Shown here one piece after another: positions 6,777 through 14,728 of a stretch of DNA of 14,728 nt. Within the stretch, counting starts at the first letter, position 1; each line of letters starts with the position of its first letter. Under the pieces are notes generated by a model. That model had not been told where the DNA came from, searched no databases, and worked only from the letters and a program-made list of their open reading frames with translations. This stretch comes from Campylobacterota bacterium (GTDB lineage Bacteria > Campylobacterota > Campylobacteria > Campylobacterales > Sulfurovaceae), in assembly GCA_034722955.1 (NCBI GenBank), contig JAYEOM010000060.1, positions 1 through 14,728 on the forward strand, read 5' to 3'. Position numbers and translations under genes: made by a program.

Positions 6777-7787
6777 ATGAACAAAAGTAAATTTAAGGCA
6801 GAGTTCACACTGAAACAGCACACCCCAATCATCCATTTCCAGAGTGGTCAGAACGGAGCAACGCTGAGGGCTACAGAGTTGAAACCGAAGTTTGACAGGT
6901 TTTTATTGCACAATGTTGAAGATATCCCATTCATCAAAAATGCCAATGGACACAAATCATTGGATTATAAAGTAACTATTGCAATAAATGGGCAAGGGGT
7001 TAAAGGCACTCCCAACAACTTTTTGTATTTTGCCAATAATTCAGCTCAAGGAGATGAATTTAAATACACTATCAAAAGTCAGAGTGTTATCGTTACTTTC
7101 TTTTCATACAGAACTGATTTGATAGAATCAATAAATAGATATTTTAATGATTTTTTACTGATTACAAACTTTGGATCCAGAAGTACAAAAGGGTATGGTA
7201 GTTTTGGTAAAAGTATAGAGAATGCTGAAACTGTATTAAGAAAATATTATCCAATTGTCTTCAAGATAACAAATGTTGGCGACATAAGTAAATGGGAAGT
7301 TAAAGTTGACACTATTCACAAAAAATTAAAATCTGGAATCAATTTCATACAATATCATAAATCTTTACTTTTCCAATACATGTGTACCCAAAACATTAGA
7401 TGGGAAAAGAGAAATATCAAAGAGAAGTTTTCAGTTTTAGCAACAGGAAAGCCCCCGATAGACTGCGATACAAGAGGTCAATATAGATATATCAGAGCGA
7501 TGTTGGGAACTGCCGGTATCAATGAATATGACAGAGGTAACAAAACTGTAACGATAGATGGTGGAGAGATAGAGAGGTTTGCCTCTCCAATTATTTATAA
7601 AATTATTGGAAACAGCATATATCTTCTAGGAGATAAAAGTTATGAAAAGATAATGGGTAAACCTTTTATTTTTCAGTATAAACAAAGCAGTTTCACCATT
7701 AATACACCATCCAAAAGTGAATTTGATTTGCATAAATTTTTAAAGTTTGTAGAGAAAAATGACAATATAATCAGTGAGGTAAAATAG
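6777..7787 (+). CDS. cmr1: Type III-B RAMP Cmr1 (B. fragilis-like)
   Basis: LKQHTPIIHFQ...ATLRATELKPKFDRFL N-terminus, G-rich loop NFGSRSTKGYGSF, ERFASPI; lies directly before cas10. Confidence 0.85.
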   Translation: MNKSKFKAEFTLKQHTPIIHFQSGQNGATLRATELKPKFDRFLLHNVEDIPFIKNANGHKSLDYKVTIAINGQGVKGTPNNFLYFANNSAQGDEFKYTIKSQSVIVTFFSYRTDLIESINRYFNDFLLITNFGSRSTKGYGSFGKSIENAETVLRKYYPIVFKITNVGDISKWEVKVDTIHKKLKSGINFIQYHKSLLFQYMCTQNIRWEKRNIKEKFSVLATGKPPIDCDTRGQYRYIRAMLGTAGINEYDRGNKTVTIDGGEIERFASPIIYKIIGNSIYLLGDKSYEKIMGKPFIFQYKQSSFTINTPSKSEFDLHKFLKFVEKNDNIISEVK

Positions 7788-9056
7788 ATGACCTACATAG
7801 CACTAACCATAGGACCGATATACAAGACACTGGCAAATGCCAAGAATCCCAAAGAGCTTTTTGCAAGTAGCTATATCTTTAGCTATATTATGAGAAATAT
7901 CATCAAAGAGTTCAAGAGTAGAGAGTTTGTCATCCCCTATATAAAAGATGACTCTATCTTTGATGAGAGCAGTAAAGTGGGTCTTTTTCACGACAGATTT
8001 ATTTTTAAGTCACAAGAGCAAGAGAGTGATATCTATAAACTAAAAAGAGTCATTGAAAATATCTCAAAAGATACAGCATCCAAGCTAGGGTTGAATCATA
8101 AAGATGTAGAAGAGTATCTACAGATAAATTATTTGGCAAAAGAGATAGGTGATGAAAATCCCATAGAAGCACTCAGCCCCTATCTAGATACAAAAGAGCT
8201 TTTTTATCAACTCTCTTCTAGTGATAGCTTTATCTCATCTCTTAGCAGAAAAAAGGGAGACAGAGATAATTTTCTTACAGCCAATAAAAATATCATAGAT
8301 GATTTGAAGAAGCTTTCGTATCATAAATACTACTGTGTCGTGCATGCCGATGGTGACAAGATGGGCGAAGCTATCAAAGATAAAGCCAATATAGAAAATA
8401 TCTCCAAAAGTCTTTTTGGTTACTGTATGGAGTCAAACCATCTCATACGAGAGTTTGGAGGTCAAACCATCTTTGCAGGGGGTGATGACTTGATGTTTAT
8501 AGCACCTACGATCTCAAGAGATAGAACAAAAACTATTTTTGACTTATGCGAAGATATATCACAAAGTTTCAACATAGATAAGGCAACACTGAGTTTTGGT
8601 ATCAGTATAAACTATATAAAATATCCACTCTATGAAGCAGTAGAAAACTCAAGAGAGTTACTTTTTGACAAAGCAAAAAATGAGCAGAGAAACAACATAG
8701 CCTTCAATATCACAAAACACAGCGGTCAAAGCTTCAGTACTGTGATACACAAAGGTGATGATGAAATTTACAGTAAATTTTTAGCTTTTACCTCAAGTGT
8801 AAATGACAAAGACAATATCGGTAACTTCCTAGACTCAATACATCACAAGATAGCTACATATGAAACCACATTGTCAAATATCAAAAATGACAAAACCAAA
8901 CTAACAAACTTTTTTGTTAACTACTTCAATAAAGATGAGCATAAAAATAACAAAGAGTTTTTTGATCATTTAGTGGATTTCATCTATGTAGCAACCATAG
9001 AACAAGTCTATACAACACTTAGATTTATCAAGTTTATTCAAGGAGATAAGTCATGA
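7788..9056 (+). CDS. cas10: Cas10/Cmr2, compact, no HD domain, intact GGDD palm
   Basis: YIALTIGPI...ELFASSYIFS, YCVVHADGDKMG, IFAGGDDLMF, TLSFGISI..KYPLYEA. Confidence 0.95.
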   Translation: MTYIALTIGPIYKTLANAKNPKELFASSYIFSYIMRNIIKEFKSREFVIPYIKDDSIFDESSKVGLFHDRFIFKSQEQESDIYKLKRVIENISKDTASKLGLNHKDVEEYLQINYLAKEIGDENPIEALSPYLDTKELFYQLSSSDSFISSLSRKKGDRDNFLTANKNIIDDLKKLSYHKYYCVVHADGDKMGEAIKDKANIENISKSLFGYCMESNHLIREFGGQTIFAGGDDLMFIAPTISRDRTKTIFDLCEDISQSFNIDKATLSFGISINYIKYPLYEAVENSRELLFDKAKNEQRNNIAFNITKHSGQSFSTVIHKGDDEIYSKFLAFTSSVNDKDNIGNFLDSIHHKIATYETTLSNIKNDKTKLTNFFVNYFNKDEHKNNKEFFDHLVDFIYVATIEQVYTTLRFIKFIQGDKS

Positions 9057-9376
9057 TAGATATTGAAAAAATAAAAAAAGATATTCCTGTAATGCTGAAA
9101 TCTTTAGATATAAACAAAATCATCCTTTTTGGCAGTTATGCTTATGGAACCCCTCACAAAGACAGTGATTTGGATATCTGTATAGTTGAAGAAAAGGTAG
9201 TGTCAAAAATGCAAGAAAAGAGAGAGATCAGAAAACTTCTTGGCGAGATAGATATGCCAATGGATATTATTCTAGTAGATGAAGATTACTATCAAACTCA
9301 TAGTGATAAAAATTGGATAAATACTGCCCTATATGATGCCAGACAAAAAGGAGAGATTTTATATGAAAAAGAATGA
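9053..9376 (+). CDS. Minimal nucleotidyltransferase (MNT) antitoxin-like protein
   Basis: IILFGSYAYG...DSDLDI Pol-beta motif plus a third Asp in MDII; 107 aa. Confidence 0.9.
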   Translation: MIDIEKIKKDIPVMLKSLDINKIILFGSYAYGTPHKDSDLDICIVEEKVVSKMQEKREIRKLLGEIDMPMDIILVDEDYYQTHSDKNWINTALYDARQKGEILYEKE

Positions 9377-9767
9377 TATAAAAAATAGTGCCGATCTATT
9401 TTTGTATAAAGCAATAATTGATTTCAATACTGCAAAAGCTATTTTTAAAAGCTTTGAAAATGATGATATTGAGATATATATAGAAAAAATATATTTTGAT
9501 TTGCAGCAAAGCAGTGAAAAGCTTCTCAAAAACCTTCTATCCAAAAATGGTGTAGATGTTCCAAAGATTCACGATATAAAGCAATTAATAAGAGTTTGTG
9601 AAAAAAACAATATCAATCTTATGAGTAGAGTAGAGGTATTGATAGATTTGAGTGATTATGCAGTGGAAGGTCGCTATGACATTATCTGTGATGATATATC
9701 AAATAGTGATCTCTATTTTGAATTGGTAGAACAGTTTATAATATTTGTAAAAGGAGACAAAGCATGA
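9363..9767 (+). CDS. HEPN-domain protein (MNT-HEPN pair)
   Basis: FDLQQSSEKLLK...VPKIHDIKQL...DYAVEGRY fits the HEPN family consensus (F-x-x-QQ-x-x-EK-x-LK...P-x-x-HD...RY). ATG 9363 with a GGAG SD is preferred over 9333. Confidence 0.85.
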   Translation: MKKNDIKNSADLFLYKAIIDFNTAKAIFKSFENDDIEIYIEKIYFDLQQSSEKLLKNLLSKNGVDVPKIHDIKQLIRVCEKNNINLMSRVEVLIDLSDYAVEGRYDIICDDISNSDLYFELVEQFIIFVKGDKA

Positions 9768-10729
9768 GATATCTAGTCACGCTTACACCACTAGAGCCTT
9801 TTCTGTTCGGAGGAGATACGACTTTTGGCAAGAAGGGCGATGAGGAGAAAGGCACCTATCTGGTCAAATCACGGCAATTCCCTCAACAGAGTGCAGTTTT
9901 GGGGATGCTCAAAAAAGAGATCATGACCCAGTCAGGAGTTTTGACACGCAAAGTGAGAGGTGAATGGGTAGATAAGCAGAAGAAAAAAGAGGCAGAAGCT
10001 CTAGTAGGAGTTGAAAAATTTGATATAGGCTCTGAAGGTTTACAGGATTTTGGTATTATCAAATCTCTTGGTTCGATCTTTTTGATACAGGAGCAAAAAC
10101 AATATATCAAAAAAGTAGATATTGATTCTTATACTTACAAAGATGGCTTACTAGAAAGCTATAATCCAGAAATAGATATTTATGATAATTTTGTAGAGAC
10201 AAAAACAAGTGAAAAATTATCATCAGGCGATATCTTCAAACCCATAGAGCAGACAGGCAACAAGACAGGAGGAGAGGATGACTCACTCTTCAAAAAAACC
10301 TCCTATCTACTAAAATATGATTTCAAGTTTGCATTTTATCTTGAGTGCGAGTATGAGTTGAGAGACTCCATCATCCATCTAGGAGCAGACAGAAGCAGCT
10401 TCAAGCTGGAGATCAGAGAGGATAATGACAGTTTGGAGTATAGTGATGAAAATGGCTATTTGACACTCATGAGCGATGCCTATATCACTCTACCTATCAA
10501 AGAACATTGTGTTTTTGCTATTACTAGTGAGATAAGTTTCCAGAGCTTACAGAACAAAAAGCATGCGACCAAGAGTAATGCATTTCAAAAAAGTACAAAA
10601 ATATTTCTCTATGAGAAAGGTTCAGTTTTTATAAACCCATCGGATGAACTAGTAAAAAACCTAAACAATAAAAACTGCCAACGGATCGGTTACAATAAAC
10701 ACACTTACGAAAAAGGACAAAATAGATGA
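9764..10729 (+). CDS. cmr3: Cmr3 (Cas5-family RAMP)
   Basis: YLVTLTPLEPFLFGG, S..FPQQSAVLGML, LGADRSSF, LYEKGSVF, IGYN; position in the operon. Confidence 0.9.
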   Translation: MRYLVTLTPLEPFLFGGDTTFGKKGDEEKGTYLVKSRQFPQQSAVLGMLKKEIMTQSGVLTRKVRGEWVDKQKKKEAEALVGVEKFDIGSEGLQDFGIIKSLGSIFLIQEQKQYIKKVDIDSYTYKDGLLESYNPEIDIYDNFVETKTSEKLSSGDIFKPIEQTGNKTGGEDDSLFKKTSYLLKYDFKFAFYLECEYELRDSIIHLGADRSSFKLEIREDNDSLEYSDENGYLTLMSDAYITLPIKEHCVFAITSEISFQSLQNKKHATKSNAFQKSTKIFLYEKGSVFINPSDELVKNLNNKNCQRIGYNKHTYEKGQNR

Positions 10730-11574
10730 AAACAGAACTATACACCATAGAGACACTCAGCAACCTCCATGTAGGAGCAGGGGATATCAACTTTGATGTC
10801 ATAGACAACCAAGTGCAGAGAGATGCCATCACCAACCTGCCCAATATCAATAGCAGTAGTCTAAAGGGTGCCTTTAGAGAGCATTTCACACAGTATGATA
10901 GTGATGGCAAAAAGCTGGATGATACACTGATGGTCAAGTATATCTTTGGAGGTGCCAATGATGATGAGAACTCTCATGCTACAGGAGCCTATAGTTTCTT
11001 TGAGGCACAGCTACTTACTCGACCAGTACGAAGCGATGCCAAGCCATACTTCAACGCTACAAGCCCCTCAGTCATCAAGAGTCTGTTAGATACGATAGAA
11101 AATTTCGATATAGAGTTTAATAAAGAATTAACACAAGCACTTACAAACCTTTCAAAGTTGAATCCTCAAAAAAATAATCCTATTATCTTTGAAGATATTC
11201 CAAAGACCAGACTCGAAGATGATCCAGCCAAATATCAAAACTTTGATGTCTCGAAACTTACAGAATTTTTAGGTGTTGATCTTGCACTCTTTGCAGATAG
11301 TGATTTCGCAGAATTAGACCTGCCTGTACTAGCTAGAAATGCACTCGAAAATGGAGTGAGCCAAAACCTCTGGTATGAAGAGGTCGTACCCAAAAAGTCC
11401 AAGTTTTTCTTCTGCATCGGCAAACCAAATATAGACAATACAGACCCAAAAGATTATGATCAGAAGATCAAAGGGTTTGAAAACAGATTTGGCACAGAGG
11501 GTCACAAAGTACAGTTGGGAGCCAACAAATCCATAGGGTATGGATTTAGTCTGGTCAAAAAGGTATCGTTATGA
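10726..11574 (+). CDS. cmr4: Cmr4 (Cas7-family backbone RNase)
   Basis: LHVGAG...VIDNQVQRD...PNINSSSLKGAFRE, ARNALENGVSQNLWYEEVVP, QLGANKSIGYG. Confidence 0.95.
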   Translation: MKTELYTIETLSNLHVGAGDINFDVIDNQVQRDAITNLPNINSSSLKGAFREHFTQYDSDGKKLDDTLMVKYIFGGANDDENSHATGAYSFFEAQLLTRPVRSDAKPYFNATSPSVIKSLLDTIENFDIEFNKELTQALTNLSKLNPQKNNPIIFEDIPKTRLEDDPAKYQNFDVSKLTEFLGVDLALFADSDFAELDLPVLARNALENGVSQNLWYEEVVPKKSKFFFCIGKPNIDNTDPKDYDQKIKGFENRFGTEGHKVQLGANKSIGYGFSLVKKVSL

Positions 11575-11957
11575 GCAAGAAGAGCATAGAGAGGTATATA
11601 CCCAAGGCGATAAAGGTGTTGGATGCTACTTTTGATGACGGTGTTATCCCATCAGCTTACAATGGATATATATCTTCATTTGGTGCGAGTGTGATGCAGA
11701 GTGGACTGCTACCTACGCTAGCACTATTTGAAAATACCAATGCCTCCACAAAGGAGAACAAAGAGTATCTATCGTATCTCATAGTCAATATCCTAAGAGA
11801 CAACAGAGATGATGTTTCACTCCTGAGAGAGGTATTGGTTAGAGAAGAGCGTGGAGAGAGTCGCAACCATCTCAAAGAGCAGATACTAGATATATCTATA
11901 GCCATCAAGTTAAGTATCAGAACTTTCAAGCTCAAAAAAGGTGATAAAGATGAGTAA
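11571..11957 (+). CDS. cmr5: Cmr5 (Cas11 small subunit)
   Basis: 128 aa, helical, YNGYISSFGASVMQSGLLPTLA; lies between cmr4 and cmr6. Confidence 0.88.
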   Translation: MSKKSIERYIPKAIKVLDATFDDGVIPSAYNGYISSFGASVMQSGLLPTLALFENTNASTKENKEYLSYLIVNILRDNRDDVSLLREVLVREERGESRNHLKEQILDISIAIKLSIRTFKLKKGDKDE

Positions 11958-12900
11958 TCCAAATCTAGGTTGGCTCTTTTATAAGGATTATTTCACCGCT
12001 ATAAGAGACTGGACCAATCCAAAAGCAAATGAAAAGGATATATCCAGAAAAGTAGATGAGTTGATAAAAAAAACTCCAACCATAAAAGAGACAGAGATAC
12101 TAGGCTCTACACACTTCAAAGCTACCACTACTTATCCAGGACTGCTGCTAGGCAGCGGCAATGCACATGAATTGCCAGGTATTGAAGGTCAAGCCATATT
12201 GGGCTTTCACTTCGACTACACCAGCGGATTGCCCATCATCCAAGGCTCATCTATCAAGGGAGTGCTGAGAAGTGCGTTCAGACATTGGGAATATATAGCA
12301 GAGATCGGGGGTGAGACTTTAGTCTCACTGATAGATGTAGAGAACTTGGAAAGAGAGATATTTGACAACGGTGATATATTTTTCGATGCACAGATCATCA
12401 GTGGCGGCAGGATACTAGGCGATGACTACATCACACCACACGGTGACGATCTACTCAAGAATCCCATACCCCTGAGATTTATCAAAGTCCTGCCCAATGT
12501 GACATTTAGGTTTGATTTTGAGTTGAGTGACGGGATTTTGGAAAAGGATAAAAAAATCATACTCTTTACTAAAATAATAGAAGATTTAGGAGTAGGAGCA
12601 AAAACCAATGTAGGGTATGGGAAGTTTGATATAGAGGATATGGAGCAACAGATAAAAAAGGAGCAACAAAAACTCAAGAGAGAAGAGGCGGAGAGTAGAG
12701 TAACTAGTGCTAATGATGACTACAGTAAAGCCATCGCACTAATAGATGCCACTATAAAATTGGACAATAAGCTTTTTAAAAATTTACGAGATGAAGTTGA
12801 ACTAGATAGCCATGAAAAGAGCAAGGTCAAAGAACATTTTGATAGCAAATTTGAGGGTGATAGTAAATTTAAAAACAGGATACACAAGATATTAACTTAA
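11950..12900 (+). CDS. cmr6: Cmr6 (RAMP)
   Basis: NLGWLFYK, YPGLLLGSG, GFHFDYTSGLPIIQGSSIKGVLRS, DYITPH, NPIPLRFIKV, GVGAKTNVGYG. ATG 11950 is preferred over GTG 11941. Confidence 0.93.
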   Translation: MSNPNLGWLFYKDYFTAIRDWTNPKANEKDISRKVDELIKKTPTIKETEILGSTHFKATTTYPGLLLGSGNAHELPGIEGQAILGFHFDYTSGLPIIQGSSIKGVLRSAFRHWEYIAEIGGETLVSLIDVENLEREIFDNGDIFFDAQIISGGRILGDDYITPHGDDLLKNPIPLRFIKVLPNVTFRFDFELSDGILEKDKKIILFTKIIEDLGVGAKTNVGYGKFDIEDMEQQIKKEQQKLKREEAESRVTSANDDYSKAIALIDATIKLDNKLFKNLRDEVELDSHEKSKVKEHFDSKFEGDSKFKNRIHKILT

Positions 12901-12946
12901 TATTTTGCTCAAGAAAGGTATTTTGTCATTGGGAGAAAACACACTT

Positions 12947-12967
12947 TATGTATGTTATAATACATAC
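12947..12967 (+). promoter_or_regulatory. Extended -10 promoter TGtTATAAT (12953-12961) within an inverted repeat (GTATGT-TATAAT-ACATAC); likely TA operator
   Basis: Perfect TATAAT flanked by 6-bp inverted arms, about 30 bp upstream of the antitoxin GTG with its SD AAGGAG. Confidence 0.7.
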
Positions 12968-12990
12968 TATTTATCAGAAGGAGAGCAAAA

Positions 12991-13227
12991 GTGACCATAC
13001 GAAAAAACTTTACTATGTCAGACTCTGTTGTGATGGATTTGGAATATCTCGCTAAAAAATTGCACAAAAAACAGTCTCAAGTGATACAAGAGCTTATAGT
13101 CCATAAAATGAAAGAGTTTGAAAAAGAAAAAAAACTAGATATGCTGGAGAAGATATCGGGAATATTTACGGGCAAGATACCTGAAGACATATCGATACAA
13201 TCCATAAAGTCAGATAGTGAAAATTAG
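12991..13227 (+). CDS. Ribbon-helix-helix (CopG/VapB-like) antitoxin
   Basis: N-terminal strand IRKNFTMS followed by two helices (..LEYLAKK..KQSQVIQELI); overlaps the PIN gene. Confidence 0.75.
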   Translation: MTIRKNFTMSDSVVMDLEYLAKKLHKKQSQVIQELIVHKMKEFEKEKKLDMLEKISGIFTGKIPEDISIQSIKSDSEN

Positions 13228-13648
13228 AAGGATTTTTTTTGATGCCAATATTTTCAACGATATATTTGATGAAAACAGAGTCCATCATAACTCTAGCAAA
13301 GAGTCTTTGCTCTATGCTCTGCAAAATGATATAAGATGCTGTACCAGTTGTGATATAGTTACCAATATCTACTACATAACTGCCAAATACACTTCAAAAA
13401 ATCAAGCATTGGATGCCCTTGACTACCTAAAAGAGATAGTGGAGATCATCCCTTTTTCTTACGAAGAACTCACCATTGCGATAGATCTGATGAAGAGAGA
13501 CGGTGAGTATAAGGATATGGAGGATACTATACAGTATATTTTAGCTATAGAGCAGCATTGTGACTTGATCATCTCAAATGATAAACGATTTGTCTCTAAA
13601 GAGATAGAGTGCGTAAGCAGTGATGATTTTGCAAATTCTCGCAGATAG
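13217..13648 (+). CDS. vapC: PIN-domain (VapC-like) toxin
   Basis: IFFDANIFND, DMEDTIQY, IISNDKRF acidic PIN motifs; 143 aa. Confidence 0.88.
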   Translation: MKIRRIFFDANIFNDIFDENRVHHNSSKESLLYALQNDIRCCTSCDIVTNIYYITAKYTSKNQALDALDYLKEIVEIIPFSYEELTIAIDLMKRDGEYKDMEDTIQYILAIEQHCDLIISNDKRFVSKEIECVSSDDFANSRR

Positions 13649-13656
13649 AAAAGTCA

Positions 13657-14728
13657 ATGTATACAAAACCTCTCTCCTACATCACCCTCCCGTCAGCTCT
13701 CAAGGATGCCTACGAGGAGATCAGCAAGCTCTCCAGTGGACTTGATGAGGTGAGCTATGCAGAGTTCGAGAGGGAGCTTGGCAAAAATATAGCACAACTA
13801 TCACAAAGACTCCAAAGCGGACTCTACTCCCCAGAACCACTCAAAAAGATAGAGATAGACAAGCCAAACTCTGATGAGAAGCGCCCCATAGCCCTATCTG
13901 CCATCAAAGACAAGATAGTCCAGAGAGTGCTATATAAAAATCTAAATCCATACTTTGACAAGCTCTTCTCTGACAAATCCTACGCCTACAGACCTGACAA
14001 ATCTACCATAAAAGCGATCAATAGAACTACGGATTTCCTGAACAAAAAGAGACTGCATATCGTCAAGACCGATATCGACGATTTTTTTGAAACTATAGAC
14101 CATGATATACTTCTAGAGATACTCGATACTCATATCTCAGACAAAAGCATCACGCGGCTCATATCACTCTTTGTGCAGGTGGGAGGGTTTCAAAACTTTG
14201 ACTATAGTAGCCATCTGCAGGGCATCCATCAGGGGGATATACTCTCCCCGCTCCTCTCCAATATCTATCTGGATGTTATGGATAGATTTCTAGAGAAGCA
14301 TGATATCGCTTTTGTGAGATATGCCGATGACTTTGTAATGCTCTTTAAGAGCAAAAATGAAGCCTATGGTACCCTCAAAGAGTTGAGAAAATTTCTCAAA
14401 ACCATAAAGCTGACTCTCAACAAAGAGAAGACCAGCGTCACACATATCAGTGATGGTTTTGACTTTTTAGGTATAGAGTTCAAAGGCAGAAACAGGCATA
14501 TCCAAAACGAAAGACTCCAAAGATCCGTATCCAAGATAGCCCAACTCTCCAAGACAAAGCTGGGATTTGCAGCGTTTACCAAAGAGCTAAACAGCTATCT
14601 ACTGTCGCTCAAAAACTACTATCTCAAGATACTCACACCCAATGCCCCACAACACAAGCTACTCCAGGATGCCCTCATAGCTACCCTATCACACAAAGTT
14701 TATCTCTCCAAAAAGTCAAAAGAGATCA
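13657..14728 (+). CDS. Group II intron-like CRISPR-associated reverse transcriptase, 3'-truncated by the window edge (probably RT-Cas1)
   Basis: Hand translation from ATG 13657 stays open to the window end: SSGLDEVS (RT0), IDKPNSDEKRPIAL, KDKIVQ, SYAYRP, KTDIDDFFETIDH, GIHQGDILSPLLSNIYL, FVRYADDF (YADD at 14320-14331), FDFLG. The Cas1 part is not visible and is inferred from context. Confidence 0.92.
   Translation, partial: MYTKPLSYITLPSALKDAYEEISKLSSGLDEVSYAEFERELGKNIAQLSQRLQSGLYSPEPLKKIEIDKPNSDEKRPIALSAIKDKIVQRVLYKNLNPYFDKLFSDKSYAYRPDKSTIKAINRTTDFLNKKRLHIVKTDIDDFFETIDHDILLEILDTHISDKSITRLISLFVQVGGFQNFDYSSHLQGIHQGDILSPLLSNIYLDVMDRFLEKHDIAFVRYADDFVMLFKSKNEAYGTLKELRKFLKTIKLTLNKEKTSVTHISDGFDFLGIEFKGRNRHIQNERLQRSVSKIAQLSKTKLGFAAFTKELNSYLLSLKNYYLKILTPNAPQHKLLQDALIATLSHKVYLSKKSKEI

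Noticed and set aside
14113..14126. 14-nt match CTAGAGATACTCGA between the RT gene and R1 copy 1 (3021-3034), suggesting a guide or template relation
   Set aside because: The match is short, same-strand and inside ordinary codons (LEILD) in a sequence rich in AGAGAT words. It is not distinguishable from chance without homolog data.
390..14582. Short antisense or alternate-frame ORFs in the track (e.g. 390-572, 1242-1484, 2076-2453, 3853-4143, 10629-10958, 11657-11962, 14364-14582)
   Set aside because: They lie wholly within well-supported genes on the opposite strand or another frame and have no recognisable motifs; they are shadow ORFs.
13657..14728. RT as a mobile group II intron, retron or DGR
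   Set aside because: There is no room for intron RNA or msr-msd upstream, no retron VTG or DGR SQ motif (it has QGDILSP), and the context is a cas operon.

Overview
AT-rich bacterial window. The AAGGA-type RBSs and TGnTATAAT promoters suggest Campylobacterota, which is an inference. The right two-thirds is a type III-B (Cmr) CRISPR-Cas locus of the Bacteroides fragilis-like CorA/SAM-AMP clade: corA-like effector, cmr1, a compact HD-less cas10/cmr2, an inserted MNT-HEPN pair, cmr3-6, an RHH/PIN toxin-antitoxin pair, and the 5' part of a CRISPR-type reverse transcriptase (YADD; probably RT-Cas1) that runs off the window end and is missing from the ORF track. Divergent from corA is an apparent fusion of a Card1-like CARF/PD-(D/E)xK nuclease with an NrN-like DHH phosphodiesterase. 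The left third is the unexpected part. It holds an intact T7/SP6-type single-subunit RNA polymerase with no phage structural genes in view. Directly upstream of it are two identical 22-bp repeats shaped like a phage-RNAP promoter (AGTTTGCACATATA^GACAAAAG). These point into an array of four RBS-bearing mini-ORFs (17, 28, 18 and 70 aa), each followed by a conserved, covarying U-GNRA-U hairpin. No CRISPR array, cas6, cas1 domain or cas2 is visible in the window.
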